From: Felis catus
Lineage: Eukaryota
Direction of reading: 5' to 3'
NCBI RefSeq assembly: GCF_018350175.1
Contig: NC_058382.1
Location: forward strand, 53,074,001 to 53,138,000
Length of the DNA: 64,000 nucleotides
The position numbers and the translations under genes are program-made. Below are positions 13,056-25,775 of the stretch, in pieces (position 1 is the stretch's first letter; each line of letters starts with the position of its first letter). The notes beneath the pieces are model-generated. The model made no database searches. It was given only the letters and a program-made list of their open reading frames with translations, and was not told where the DNA came from.

Positions 13056-14933
13056 TCTAACAGCCCTAGGTTGGGTGCTTTTTCACTCCTATAAATGAAG
13101 GAACTAAGCGTCAGAGAGATCAGGGACTAGTGAGGCAGAATTAAAAGCCACAACTGTTACACTTCAAATCCCATGTCCTTTCCTCTCTGCCACATCCCTA
13201 ACTCATTACAGCGGAATCTTAAATGACCAAGACAGAGGCGGTGGAAGTTTCCAGTGCTCCTGAAACGGGTCCCTGCTCCTCTGTAGGACAGGTGGGGGGA
13301 CCAAGGAAGACCACATGCTGTTCCGAAAAGCGTGAGCAAGCTGTTGGTCCTTGCGCGGTGGGCCGGCTCCTGCTCATGACTGAGAATCCCCGGCCGTTTT
13401 CACCAACACGCAGAACCTTAACGTGCAAAAAACATGGGCTTTATTTTGGTGAAAACAGAGTCCAACCTCAGGGCGTGGGCGCGTGTCAGAACGTGACTCA
13501 CCCTATCTCGAGCTTTTTCCACTCCCAATTTGATGATGGAGTCAGCTTTGAAGTCGCTGGCGACCTTGCTCCGCAAATGACCGAAACAGTGAAGATCGAA
13601 CTGACAAGCTCACCACACTCGTTTCCAGAGAACTTTGAGCCTGTGCAGTGTTCTAGAAGCATCTCTCCACAAAGCCGTGTTCACTCATAAAAAGAGAAGG
13701 CAGCTGCCCACACAGCATGGTCTGCAGGACACTGGTAAAGCCTTCCTGCCGACCCAGGTGGCCTCCTCCCTGACACACATATACCGCGCTGAAAGTCGCA
13801 CCGTTCGTGACGGGCAAATTGTATGTCTCCAAGCCTCAGTTTCCCCTTCTGCTAAACGGGACGTGTGAGAGCTCCTTTGAGCGGCTAACGCCTCATCTTT
13901 CAGAGCGCCACTGACCCAAAGACCAGCGGAAGGTGCCATCCGTCAGTTCCAGCTGAGGGTCAGGCCACCGGTTGTCTCTTACAGCCTGCCAAGAATTTTG
14001 GTCAGAGGAGACCGAGATATTGCAAGAGGATGGGTGGAAAAGGAGGGGTTGAGGGTCCGGCAGAATATTCAGGGTGTATTATAGAGGGACCCCCTCCTGG
14101 AGGTACAGGCGGAGGAAAATGCACCACCGGAAGTCCCAAAACACACGGGGATCTCTCACTTCATTCTCCCTCTCTGGGCTGGGTGCCAGTGACTTCTAAA
14201 ACTTAGGAGGTGAGGTCAGAAAAGGCAATGTCTGTTGAACCCCAATGAAGAGGCACTTGAAACTTGAATTCACATCTCGTGAATTCTCATACTCGCCCTC
14301 TAGGGAAAGGGTACTACCTTTAGTTAGCACAAGGGGAGACGAGGGCCCCGAGAAATGAGAATGTATGCTACCCCGGCGAGAAAGAGATGGGGCCAGGAGT
14401 CATCTACCTCTCCCCTGGGGTCTGGGGATCCTGGATCCCTTCTTCCCCTCCCTCCCTCCCTCCCTCCCTTCTCTCATTTCCTCCTACCTTCCTTCCTTTC
14501 TTCCTCCCTCCCACCCACAAATTCTCATTTATTCCAGGCTCAAGGGCTATACACCAGGGAGCAAAACCAACACTATCCCTGACCCTGCTGGGGGCAAGCC
14601 CAGGAGCAGAGGCAGACACTGCTTTCCACTTTTCTCGTCCACTGTCAACCCGTATTCCTCACCCCGGGACTGCTGACATAGCTCGGGGCTCCAGCTGACT
14701 GACTCAGAGCTTACTGGACACATGACGTCGTTTGCACTTCTCTCTGTGGGACAGATCCAGGCAGACTGCACTTTCTAGTTCACAGGCCCCGCTTAGAATT
14801 TCCAATCTGTGGAGAAGTCAGCCACTCACCTCCTACTGCCTTCCTGTAACACGGGCACATCCTGTAACATCATAGCATCATGAGGGCGTCGCAGAGCTCT
14901 CTTCTGAGGACCTCAGCAGAGGAGGCCCTATAC

Positions 14934-15320
14934 TTCATTCATTCACTCGTTCATCCATACGTTCATTCGTTCATTCAATCATTCATTCATTCATTCATTC
15001 ATTCATTCATTCATTCTCCAGCTATGTCTTAAGCGCTTATAACGTGACATAAATCACACTGTTGTGGGCACTGGGGCTACAGAAGTGAACGGGACAGAGG
15101 TAGCTCCCGTGTTTGGGGCCCTCAGACCATCGAGCAAGAAAGATGATGCTACTCAAGTGATGACCCACCCGAATGCACCTGTTCCCAAGCTGGACATACA
15201 GCAAGGCACAGCTCTGTTTGAGAGCGTCGTTGTGTGGAACGTTCAACAGTGAGGAGCAGATTAGAGACGGGGCATAATCATGCTAATCAGGAAGGGCTTC
15301 CTGGAAGAGAGGAATGTGGT
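14934..15320 (-). mobile_element. L2 3' fragment with expanded (TTCA)n tail
   Basis: Imperfect (TTCA)n at 14934-15015 followed by L2-like sequence ending TCAGGAAGGGCTTCCTGGAAGAG. Confidence 0.7.
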
Positions 15321-15567
15321 CCCTCTTGCCAGCGCATACGTAATTTCTAGAGTGTCCACCATTTCCCATTCTTGAAGTAGGCAGGATCGAGTCATAAGCC
15401 TGGGCCTGGAGCCGCCAGGAAGGAGGCTCCGAGACTCCGTTGCAGGGATGTCGACTAAGTCATGAGATGACTTGCTATCCACAGCCCCGGCCACAACATC
15501 ATTTGTTCTTTGCAGGAATAAATGAACCATTATATTTTTGTTGGGTACATCCATTTCATAACTCCTT

Positions 15568-15692
15568 AGGGTGAGCACTGGATGTTGTATGTAAGCGATG
15601 AACCACAAGAATCTACCCCCAAAACCAAGAGCACGCTGTAGACACTGCATGTTAGCCCATCTGACAATAAATTACGTTAAAAATAAATAAAA
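15568..15692 (+). mobile_element. Carnivore L1 3' terminal fragment (5'-truncated)
   Basis: GGGTGAGCACTGGATGTTGTATGTAAGCGATGAACC...TCTACCCCCAAAACCAAGAGCAC...GACAATAAATTAC plus A-rich tail. Confidence 0.85.
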
Positions 15693-15781
15693 TCATCTGT
15701 GCGACACATTATATCACATCACAGTATTTGCGCCTGGTCCCTGAGTATCAAATATTGTTCCATAAAATACTCTTAAGACTA

Positions 15782-16003
15782 GGGTGGCTCAGTCGGTTGA
15801 GCGTCCGACTTCGGCTCAAGTCATCATCTTGCGGTCAGTGAGTCCGGGTCCCGCATCGGGCTCCGTGCTGACGGCTCAGAGCCTGGAGCCTGCTTTGGAT
15901 TCTGTGCCTCCCTCTCTCCCTTCTCCTCTCCCACTCACACACACACTCTCTCTCTCTCTCTGTCACTCAAAGATGAATAAATGCTAAAAAAAAATTAAAA
16001 AAT
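15782..16003 (+). mobile_element. SINEC, slightly 5'-truncated
   Basis: GGGTGGCTCAGTCGGTTGAGCGTCCGACTTCGG..., CT repeat, A tail; degenerate TSD ending AAGACTAG. Confidence 0.93.
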
Positions 16004-16233
16004 AATAATCTGAAGACTAGACGAGACCTACGGAAAAGGGCGTTTGAAGGCACAAGGACACATGACCTCGGCCAGAAGCCTCCCCTATTTTATTGCATCC
16101 AAGGCTATGATTTGGAAGAGAAGCTACAGACGCATCCCCAGAGCCAATCTGGTAGCCCAGACCTCCATAGCCAGGCTAGCAATGAACACACGTGGCCTCA
16201 AATCAGAACTATCACACCTCAGCCAAACTCTCT

Positions 16234-16234
<1 letters not shown>

Positions 16235-16276
<42 letters not shown>
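16235..16276 (+). repeat. (CA)21 microsatellite
   Basis: Read directly. Confidence 0.97.
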
Positions 16277-16281
<5 letters not shown>

Positions 16282-16660
16282 AAGGGTGAAAATGAACATC
16301 ACTTCCTATGCAACTCTTTGTTTCAGCTGGGAAAACTGGAAAATTCACTTACGCGACGAGCCAGACTTTCACTCCCATGGACTCATCCTTGCTCGGGCAA
16401 ACTCATTTTCCCTAAATGCGCTGCGCACTCTGAAAATCCAGGCAGAGAACCTGGGGCCACGCCAGTTGTCAACAGCCACCTCGGGGGTCCCCCGTAATCC
16501 TCCTGCGTCCAGGTTGAAACCCAGCCAACTACTAAGCCATCGAGAAAGAAACAATGGCTAATTAAGATGAACTTTAAGGGGGGGGGGGGGACTTAATTAA
16601 TGTGATCTTTATCTGAAACTCCTTCTAATTGCAGTAAACTTTAGAAGTTCTACGGATCAT

Positions 16661-16887
16661 GGGGCGCCTGGGTGGCGCAGTCGGTTAAGCGTCCAACTTC
16701 AGCCAGGTCACGATCTCGCGGTCCGGGAGTTCGAGCCCCGCGTCGGGCTCTGGGCTGATGGCTCGGAGCCTGGAGCCTGTTTCCGATTCTGTGTCTCCCT
16801 CTCTCTCTGCCCCTCCCCCGTTCATGCTCTGTCTCTCTCTGTCCCAAAAATAAATAAAAAATGTTGAAAAAAAAATTTTTAAAAAAA
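16661..16887 (+). mobile_element. Young felid SINE (SINEC_Fc-type), full length
   Basis: Near-identical to the 130-352 copy; perfect 17-bp TSD AGAAGTTCTACGGATCA at 16643-16659 and 16888-16904. Confidence 0.98.
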
Positions 16888-17199
16888 AGAAGTTCTACGG
16901 ATCAATGCCTTAGACTATTTGTAAAAGGTACATACAGCACTTTTTCATAAAGCAGAAGGCTGAAAAACCAAAGGTTAGCTAGTGTGTTCAATGAGCACGG
17001 ACCTTCAGCCCCCTTCCCCAAGTACAGCTGTTGGTGAAAATTCTCATATACACATAGAGATAGAAAATTATGGCTGCAACAGATATGAGTCTAAGGGGCC
17101 TGCAGTAACAGGACAGATAGTACAACAAACAGGTGGGAGTCGTGTCATATCCCCTACTATTCTTACGATATTAATTGCTCTACCTACCCATTAATTTAT

Positions 17200-18060
17200 A
17201 CATTCACAGATTCGTTCTTCCAATAAATAATGACTAAGCAACCACGACATGCTAAGGCCATTTGGGGCGCACTAGGTACAGAGTGAAACAGTAGGATAAT
17301 CCCCGCCCCGCCCCGCCCACCCCCCCCGGAGTTTACGTTCCAGTAAGGAAGAAGACCACTGACCATGTCAAGAATTACAGAAGTCACATGGTTTCACCTA
17401 GAGGATGGCGTGGGGTGTGGCTGAGCGTGTGGTGAGCCATGTTTCATCAGGACGATTGGGGTCAGGCTCTCTGCAGAGATACGATTTAAGCTGAGCCTTG
17501 AATATCGAGAAGATATTTAGGGGGGTGCCTGGGTGGCTCGGTTGGTTAAGCGTCCAACACTTGGTTTTGGCTCAGGTTATGATTTCACAGTTCGGGAGAT
17601 TGAGCCCCAACTTGGGCTCTGTGCTGACAGCATGGAGCCTGCTTGGGATTCCCTCCCTCCCTCCCTCTCTCTCTCTCTCTCTGCCCTTCCCCCGCTCATG
17701 AACACTCCCTTTCTCCCTCAAAATAAATAAATAAACATTTAAAAAAGGAAGATATTTAAAATACTCAGCTTCCAGGAGATTCTAAGGTATAGCTAAGGGT
17801 GAAACCCATGGCTTAGTGCAAGGGCGTGTGTCGAACCAAGCATGGATAGTGTGACCGACAGAAGGAAGCCCAGAGTCAGGATTTCGGGGGAGAGGGGCAC
17901 AAAGTCAAGTGTGAGGGGAGGCAGGAGCCAGATCAGGAGGGCCTAGTAGACCGTGGATTTTACTCAGGTTCAGTGGAAACCACTGGAAGGATTTTTGCTC
18001 CCGAATGACTTCGGCCCACTTTATATCTGTAAAAAGATCACTAAAGAGCAGATTGTACAG
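17200..18060 (-). mobile_element. L2 remnant interrupted by a SINEC
   Basis: L2-like 3' end near 17200 and GGATTTTACTCAGGTTCAGTGGAAACCACTGGAAGGATTTT...AAAAGATCACT. Confidence 0.65.
17521..17746 (+). mobile_element. SINEC (older subfamily)
   Basis: GGGGTGCCTGGGTGGCTCGGTTGGTTAAGCG...; TSD GAAGATATTTA at 17509-17519 and 17748-17758. Confidence 0.95.
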
Positions 18061-18888
18061 AAATCAGAGGAGAGGAGAGCGCTGCTCCCTTTCTGCTAAA
18101 ACCACCACCCAGAGGAGGCACACGGGGTGGCCCGCCCTGGGATGAAGGTCACAGAAGGGACCGGGATCCTCGGTTTAAATGCATCCAAGTGTTGGTGAGT
18201 GTTCCTAGGAAGGTTTCTGGCCACTTCAGAGGTCCCCAGGGGCCCAGGTGAAAAGTGGATGCGTGCCTCTGTAGCTTAGACCCAGGAAGGAGATTTATTT
18301 TTCCAGATGATGCTTACGATCCGAGGAGAACAACAGGTTTGCTGCAGACAAAGGCCATCGAGAGCTGTCCCGGAATTCTTTGCAAAAGGAAGTGAGCAAA
18401 AACGTATTAAATGTCTGCCATGAACCAGACCTTATATTGGGCACCGGAAGTAACATGGCGAGCAGAAAGAGGCCTTCCTGTTTTCTGGAGGACACAGGCA
18501 AAGTCTCACACAAACAAATATGAAATTGCAAGGTGCTAAGTTCAAAACAGGGGAACCAAGCTTATGGGCAACTTAAGGGGATTGACCTAGCCAGGTTCAA
18601 GGTCACGGCTGGGAGCACGCACACCCTGGAGGCGAGAGGCCCCAAGACAGGGGAGAAGGAGGAATCTGGTCTCACCATCAGCCCACAGGACTCTGTGGAC
18701 CCCAATAACGACTTCTGGTTTGGACTTACAGACGGGGTTGGGTGCTTGATTCACATGCCAGCCTGACCCAGGATTGTAATCCGAAGAAGGTGTGGGGGCC
18801 ACGTTAAAGGCTTCAGGGAGACCAGGGGGACTTGGTTATGTCACGGGTTTAGATTACAAGAAAGTAGATTGGAATTATGTTCTTTTTT

Positions 18889-19114
18889 TGTTCCAAAAAT
18901 TTTTAATGTTTATTTATTTTTGAGAGAGAGAGAGAGAGAGCGAGAGAGCGAGCAGGGGAGGGGCAGAGAAAGGGAGACACAGAATCTGAAACAGACTCCA
19001 GGCTCTGATCCGTCAGCCCAGAAGCTGATGTGGGGCTCAAACTCACAAACCACAACGAGATCATGACCTGAGCCGAAGTCGGACGCTTAACCAACTGAGC
19101 CACCCAGGCCCCCC
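18889..19114 (-). mobile_element. SINEC inserted at the tail of another SINEC
   Basis: Full reverse-complement SINEC; TSD ATGTTCTTTTTT at 18877-18888 and 19115-19126. Confidence 0.95.
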
Positions 19115-19120
19115 ATGTTC

Positions 19121-19308
19121 TTTTTTATTTAAGTTTATTTATTTCTTTGGAGAGAGAGAAAGAATGGGGGAAGGGTAGAGAGAGCGGGAGAGAGAGAATC
19201 CAAACCAGACTCCTGGATGTCTGCAGAGAACCCAGCTTGGGGCTCCATCCCATGAACTGTGAGGATCGTGACCTGAGCCAATATCAAGAGTCAGATGTTT
19301 AAGCGACT
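19121..19308 (-). mobile_element. SINEC missing its 5' ~18 nt (left arm of head-to-head fusion)
   Basis: T tail...GTGACCTGAGCCAATATCAAGAGTCAGATGTTTAAGCGACT, then the strand switches. Confidence 0.9.
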
Positions 19309-19522
19309 GTCGGTTAAGCCACTGACTCTTGGTTTCCACTCAGTCATGATCTCGCGGTTGGTGAATTCAAGCCCCCCAATGGGCTCCAAGCACTGACATT
19401 GAGGAGCCTGCTTGGGATTCTCTCTCTCTCCCTCGCTCTCTGCCCGTCCCCCACTTGCACATGCGCTCTCTTTCTCTCTCTCTCTCTCTAAAAATAGATA
19501 AACTTAAAAAAATAATTTTAAA
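19309..19522 (+). mobile_element. SINEC missing its 5' ~19 nt (right arm of head-to-head fusion)
   Basis: GTCGGTTAAGCCACTGACTCTTGG...GAGCCTGCTTGGGATTCTCTC..., A tail. Confidence 0.9.
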
Positions 19523-20159
19523 CAATTGATACAAAGAAGGGAAAGGAAGAAACTTGAGATTGCAAGACCCAAGGATAAATGTGCATAAAGATGAGAGTTG
19601 GGAGAAAAAGGAGCCAACCTTGGGCATCCGCCTGCTCCCGGGGGGCACCACATGGGAGGGGGGTGTTGGGAAAGGAGCCACGCTGTGCGCTGGGCACTTG
19701 GCACCGGGGACAGGCGAGGGCTTCGGGAGACTTCCCCAATGCCTGCACTGTTTCTTAGAGATTTACTTCCCCTCACCAGGGGCCCCTGAGAGCCGAGCCA
19801 CACCCGCACTGACAGCTGGGTTTCCCAGACACTTAACGAAGTAGCAGGGGACGCGTAGACCTGGGAGAAGGGACCACCGGGGAAGCGGCAGCCACGCCCA
19901 TGGCCTTGGGAGAAAGTGACCGCGAACTCGTAGCTGCTAACTGTCCCCAGTAAGGTCACAGAGCCGTCTGCAGACACATTTATTGAACGATGACCACGTA
20001 CCCGCAGAATGCTCTGAATCTGCCCACATTTACGTCTCCTCCGAGCACCCAAGTGCTACGGAACTAGGAAAGGATGCTGGGAGCCAAGGGGGGTATTGTC
20101 TTATTTACCACCCGCCTTCTGGGCTTACGGCAGAGAAGGTTCTCAGTAAAGATGCGCTT

Positions 20160-20345
20160 AAACCGCGAATTCGGGAATTACGCGTGCACGTGACTTTGGA
20201 CAGGGTGCTTCAGTTTCCTCATCTTTAAAATGGGAGACAGTCGCAGCACCCGCTCGCAGGGTTATCTGTGAGGACTGCATGAAATGAAGCGTTTCGAGGA
20301 GTGCCTGGTCCTCATCAGAGGTCCGTAAGTGGGAGCAATTGATAC
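20160..20345 (+). mobile_element. MIR SINE
   Basis: GTGACTTTGGACAGG...CAGTTTCCTCATCTTTAAAATGGG...GTGAGGACTGCATGA. Confidence 0.8.
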
Positions 20346-20615
20346 GGTCATGACTATTATTATTATCACAATATCCTGATGAGCGAGCATCATTATTTGT
20401 GCTACAGAATTAAGACACGGGGAGGTGGGGGGGGGGGGGGGAGCTCAGGTAGGCAAAGGAATGAGACCGGAAATGCCCAGGTGAGAAGCAGCCGACTCCA
20501 GACGCAGAGTCTGGAGGCCAAACTCCGCGTAGGACCCCCCCCCCCCCCCCCCCGCTCAAGAGCCGTCTGCTACGCGCTCACGGAAGGTGATGGCAAGGGG
20601 TGATGGGGGGAGACC

Positions 20616-21039
20616 GTGTGAGTTTCCTAAGGCTGGTGTGACAAACGACCACAAACTGGCTGCCTTCCGGCAACAGAAATAGATTCTCCCACAGTTCTGG
20701 AGGCCAGAAGGGCCACAAGGAGTCTGAAGGGCCATGCCACTTCTCAAGCCTCTAGGACAGATACTTCCTTGCTTCTTCTAGCTTCTGGCGGAGGCCAGCA
20801 ATCTTTGGCATTCCTTGCCTTATGGATGCCTCCCTCCAATTTCCGCCTCCTCCCCTTCTCTTTCTCTAAGGACGCTTGCCATTGGATTTAGGGCTCACCC
20901 TAATTCACGACAATCTCTTCTCCAGATGCTTAATTTAATTACATCTGCCAAGACCCTTTTTCCACAGAAGGCCTCATTCACCGCTTCAAGGGGGCTACAT
21001 CTCTGTTCTTGGGGGCGGGGCTCCGTTCAACTCACTATA
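20616..21039 (-). mobile_element. MaLR solo LTR (MLT1B/C-like)
   Basis: GTGAGTTTCCTAAGGCTGGTGTGACAAACGACCACAAACTGG...CACAGTTCTGGAGGCCAGAAG...ACATCTGCCAAGACCCTTTTTCCA...TTCAACTCACTA. Confidence 0.85.
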
Positions 21040-21090
21040 GAGACGACTATCTGGAAGGGTAAAGGAAACCAAGGCACTCGATCTTTGCGG

Positions 21091-21301
21091 GGGAGCGCCT
21101 CGGTGGCTCACACGGTTAAGCGTCCGACTCTCAATTCTGGCTCACGTCATGATCTCGTGGGTCGGGGGATCAAGCCCCACATCGAACTCAGCAACGACAG
21201 CACGGAGCCCGCTTGGGATTCTCTCTCTTTCTCTCTCTCTCTGCCTTTCTCCCCCCCTTGCTTGCATGCATGCTCTCTCTCTCTCTAAATAAATAAATAA
21301 A
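21091..21301 (+). mobile_element. SINEC (older subfamily)
   Basis: GGGAGCGCCTCGGTGGCTCACACGGTTAAGCGTCCGACTC..., (AAAT)n tail. Confidence 0.92.
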
Positions 21302-22242
21302 CTCTGAATTCCAACCCCCAACGCAAGTGGCATTGTCACATGCCTGCAGCTTGGCAGGTACCTTGCTAAAAATCACTACTTTCATACGCTATCTCGCGCA
21401 ACCCTTACCACAGCCGTGCTCCTGCCTTGCCCGTCCAAGAGAAGGAGCTTAAACCGGAAAGAACAGAACCAACGTGGTTGGGAAGGGAACTAAGGCCCGA
21501 CGTATGCGAAGTGAGGAGGCCAGGCACAATTTTTGGACTCAAACCTGCAGGGCGGTTACGTCACCAGGAGCCTCGCGCTCTGGTCCTCCGGATGCCGAAG
21601 CTCCTCGAGGTTGAACGAGGAGAAACGACGGAGCCGTAAGGTTAAGCTTCCAAGAACTTGACGCTGACAGCCAGAGTCTGACCCCTTGATCCACCACCTG
21701 ACCTGATGTGCCACTTTCAGCCCCCACTTTATCAATTTCAACCTCAATTTCTAATCCCCAAAATCCAACTTTGCCCGTCAAGTCTGAATTCGTAGACGCT
21801 TTATTGGTTATTTTTAGACGGAAGATTTCCTTGGTGACATGATATACATGCCCCTTTGTTCCCAGAATTTATGACCTCCTGGAGAAATAAGATTATTTTC
21901 CACCTCATAGGGCTGAAGCGAGGGTTAAATGCATTAATACCTGTAAAATTACTTATCATGGTACCTGGCATGTTACTTGTTCAGCGAATTTGATTTAAGA
22001 TGTTTTGCCCAATCCACTATCCAACAAACTGGATGAACGGGTTTTGTTTTTTCTCCCAACTTAAAGATTTCCCATCCCAAACTGCAGGTTTTAAAACTCT
22101 GCGCTATACATGACACCTAACGTAGCACATCTATATTTAATGAATTTCTGTTGAATGCAGCGACATTTTATGTTTTAATAGAAACGATCGTGACGTTGGA
22201 ATTTCCACACCCTGAACTGGTTTTAGAGACACTGATCTCGGG

Positions 22243-22450
22243 TAGGGGTTGCTAAGCACTTTCTGTAAAGGGTCGTCTAAATCGTAGATATTCTAGGCTT
22301 TGCGCATGAGATGGTCCCTGTTCCAACTGCACAATTCTACAGTGTCACAAAAATATGACACAAAGTAGCCACAAGAATATGCAAATGAAGGCGAGTGGCT
22401 CCGTTTCAATAACGTTTTATTTACAAAAACAGGCAGTCTGCTGCCCCCTG
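22243..22450 (+). mobile_element. MER58A-like hAT MITE
   Basis: TAGGGGTTG...TTTCTGTAAAGGG...AGGCTTTGCG...TTTATTTACAAAAACAGGC...CCCCTG termini. Confidence 0.8.
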
Positions 22451-24940
22451 GACTAGGGCACTCAGACATCTGCCAGACGTCATTATTAATTTCTGAGGCA
22501 TCCAGGGAAGCAAGGTCGTGACTGGAAGCCCCTGGACAGGAAGTGAGGATATTCGGAAAAGAGGTAAAAGCAGGTGAGAGATTCCAGAGGGATAAGCTTG
22601 ATTTGGGTCCTGACGTTCAGAACAGCTTGCCAAAGGCCATTCTCACGGAACGTGGCCGGTGCGGATGGGACCCCAGGCACGCTGGCTGTGTGTCTGGGGG
22701 CTCACCTGCTCCACAAAAGACAGGGGACCACGTGAAGGGCAGGGACAGCCTCTGCGGGTGCTCAGAGGAGGATGCACGGACTTTGACTTTCTAAAAGGTT
22801 TGTAAAAGCCCGCTGTCCCAAGAGTGGCTTGGGGCGGGGGCCCTGGGAGAAGGGGGAGACCATTCATTTCGCCGGTCCCTGAGCGGGCAGGCAGAGAATT
22901 ATTGCCATGAGTCTCTCACCTGACGTTTATTTCGTGATGACACTTGGTAGTGAAAACGTGTTTCATATTCTTAGAGCGCTTTTACTCACGTGCCTATTTT
23001 CCCAGCGATAGGTTCTCTTCGAGGCAGACGGGTCGGGGACAGCTGTGCCCGCGTAAGGATAAAGTCGCGGGTTATTATTTGACAAGAGATAAAGCCGCGA
23101 GGCATCGATCTGACAAGGTCACACGGCTAGCTTGTGGAAAGACCCGCTGTGGGTGAGTCGGCTCCACCCAGGGGGGCCCAGGAGTGTGGGGAAGGTAGTG
23201 TTTTCCCCGCTAAGAGTGAGAGGGGTCGTTCTCTCCATCCAAAGGGTATCTGTTTCTGCTATAAGCACAACAAAGGGGCTCAGGGACACTTGCATGGTCT
23301 CAGGGACTGTGCCTTGAGGGTCGACGGATTCATCTCCTTTAATGTTTCTAAGTCTACGCCGGGGAATACTCTTGGAATCCCACACTACAGAGGACGAAGA
23401 ATAAAGCTCAGTCATAAAAACGCGAGTACCTGCAAGAACATCAACTCCTGTGCAAACAAGGTTTGCAGAGCACCGCCCTTCCCAGCATGGTTTGATCGCC
23501 ACAGCATCCCGTGAGGGACCCGTCAGACAACCGGTGCGCAGCTTCACTGTGGGGTTTCCTGAAGACACAAGAAGATGGGCAGACCCACGAAAACTCCCTG
23601 AGGCTCCGTTTCCTGCTCTGTGCCGTGGGGGCAAGGCGGCCCACACCCGGGGCGGTGAGGATTCAGTGAAGTAGCAAGAGTTGCCGAGCGCCCGCCAGCG
23701 TGCGTCCAGTAAGTGCCTCCAGAGGTGATTCGCACCCGGCATACAGTTGGTGCCTAATGTATGCTGCCGCCCTCAGTGGCTCTCATTTTTCCCTCACAGA
23801 TTTTCAGAGGGCGCTGCCTGGCCCCAAGCATCTGGTCTGCGTCGTGCATGAGCTCCGCTGGTGGTAAATCACAGGCTCCGTGATTAAAAAAAAAAAGAAA
23901 AAATCAGGTTGTGTTTTTGGAGCCATCTCTGGACCAGGATATCAGTCCGAGACACGTAGGGCAACTCTACTTTTCAGGACCACACGGCTGTGCTAGTGAG
24001 AAAAAGAGAGTCAAAGGGAGAATTTCGGATCCTCGTGGGCCCTTGGGGGGCTGGGGAAATCACGGGTGTGGGGGGCCCTGCACGAGGACACATTTCTTTT
24101 CTTTCTTCCTTTTTTTTTTTTTTTTTTTTGATCTCTCGCCAATTGCTTAATGAAATAGGAGGGCAAGAGGGAGCTAATTCTCCAGAGTCTAAAAATCCCT
24201 CGAGCTGAGCCTGCACTTGTGCGAAGACAAAGCGCGTGGAGGGTGGGGTGGGGAGGGAGTTGTCACCGTGATTTGGAAGCCGTTCCTTTGGCCAGGATAA
24301 CTCCATTAGGTTTTGGAAGGGAACCCAGGTAGCACGGGGGGTTCTGGAAGGAAGAGGCTCCGACCGGCGTGTAATTAAAATGGAAGCTTTAGAAGAACAG
24401 CTCCTCTCTGAATTGCTCCAGCCACCCTCTCACTGATTGAATGCTGGGAAGCTGTCGCCGTGAGCTTTGGCTAGTTGTCCGCCAAGCCGTTTAGCTACCG
24501 GTTCTGTGTTGCCCATATATTTAGCACGAAGGACATACCTGCGGGCAGCATCAGGTTCCTTCTTCCTGGTGGCTATCTGCCTCTAACTCTTGTCAATAGC
24601 CCCAGCTCTGAACACAAAGGGGCTGTTTTGCAAGCCTGGTCTCTCCCCTTTTCCCCCAACCTGCCCTCTTCCTGCTGTGATCTCTTTTTTTTTGTTTTGT
24701 TTTGTTTTTAAATCATGTTTCACTTCCCACATTCTCGTTCTTGTTGTTCCCGGACACCCGGACCAAGAACGACAACAACAAAAAACCCACCAGGGCACAC
24801 TGGGTTAAAGGAAACCTTATTTCCCCCTCTCTGCTGGAAAAGCTGGTGGTCTCAGAGGTGACTGATTTTTCCTAACCCAGGTCCTCCTAAGTTAGGGGCT
24901 GCAAAGACTGGCAGATCTGATCTTAATCATCTGACTCAAG

Positions 24941-25061
24941 GGGGCGCCTGGGTGGCTCAGTCGGTTAAGCGTCCGACTCTTGATTTCAACTCAGGTCGTG
25001 ATCTCACGGTTCCTGGGATCGAGCCCCGCGTCGGGCTCTGTGCCGACAGTGTGGAGCCTGC
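24941..25061 (+). mobile_element. SINEC 5' half only (3'-truncated)
   Basis: Intact head through GGAGCCTGC; no CT region, A tail or TSD. Confidence 0.92.
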
Positions 25062-25565
25062 ATTTAGGGTCTTAAAAATCCAAAAGCTGTAAACAAAATG
25101 GAAGAAATCTGTTACCCCCAACCATGATGGAAGTGGGTCACATCAGCGGTGGTAGCTCACCCCAAATCAAAACCCCCTGCAACACTGTGTCGCCATGCGA
25201 TCCTACGCACACAGGACACTTGTGCAATCTACCATAAAATGAAAACAAAAGCAACTTTAGAAAACCGTCCTATTTTTACTGACCTCATATAGAATCTAAG
25301 TAAAAACAGCATGTTTTCTACTTAAATTCAGTTTCAAAACAAATTCAAACTTGTCCTCTTCCAATCGGATCATTTTCCCAATGTCTTCCCACATGGAGAT
25401 GTTGCTTTTGTGGTTATATAGAAAGAGAAAAACAAACAAATGAACACTAAGTCGCCACGGAACAACAGAGAAGGTTACGGAGGAGGATGTGGCCAGCGAA
25501 TCGATTAGCCCAAAGTTTAATTTTACTAACGATCAAAGATATCTCAATCAAAATACACTTGCATT

Positions 25566-25775
25566 GGGGCGCCTGGGTGGCGCAGTCGGTTAAACGTCCG
25601 ACTTCAGCCAGGTCACGATCTCGCGGTCCAGGAGTTCGAGCCCCGCGTCAGGCTCTGGGCTGATGGCTCGGAGCCTGGAGCCTGTTTCCGATTCTGTGTC
25701 TCCCTCTCTCTCTGCCCCTCCCCCGTTCAAGCTCTGTCTCTCTCTGTCCCAAAAATAAATAAACGTTGGAAAAAA
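25566..25775 (+). mobile_element. Young felid SINE (SINEC_Fc-type), full length
   Basis: Perfect 16-bp TSD AAAATACACTTGCATT at 25550-25565 and 25776-25791. Confidence 0.98.

Noticed and set aside
23119..23742. 207-aa ORF on the minus strand
   Set aside because: No recognisable homology or exon structure; multiple overlapping frames are equally open.
23781..23869. Acceptor-like CATTTTTCCCTCACAG with a downstream GTG|GTAAAT
   Set aside because: 64-nt interval, weak donor and no recognisable peptide; such pseudo-exons are common.
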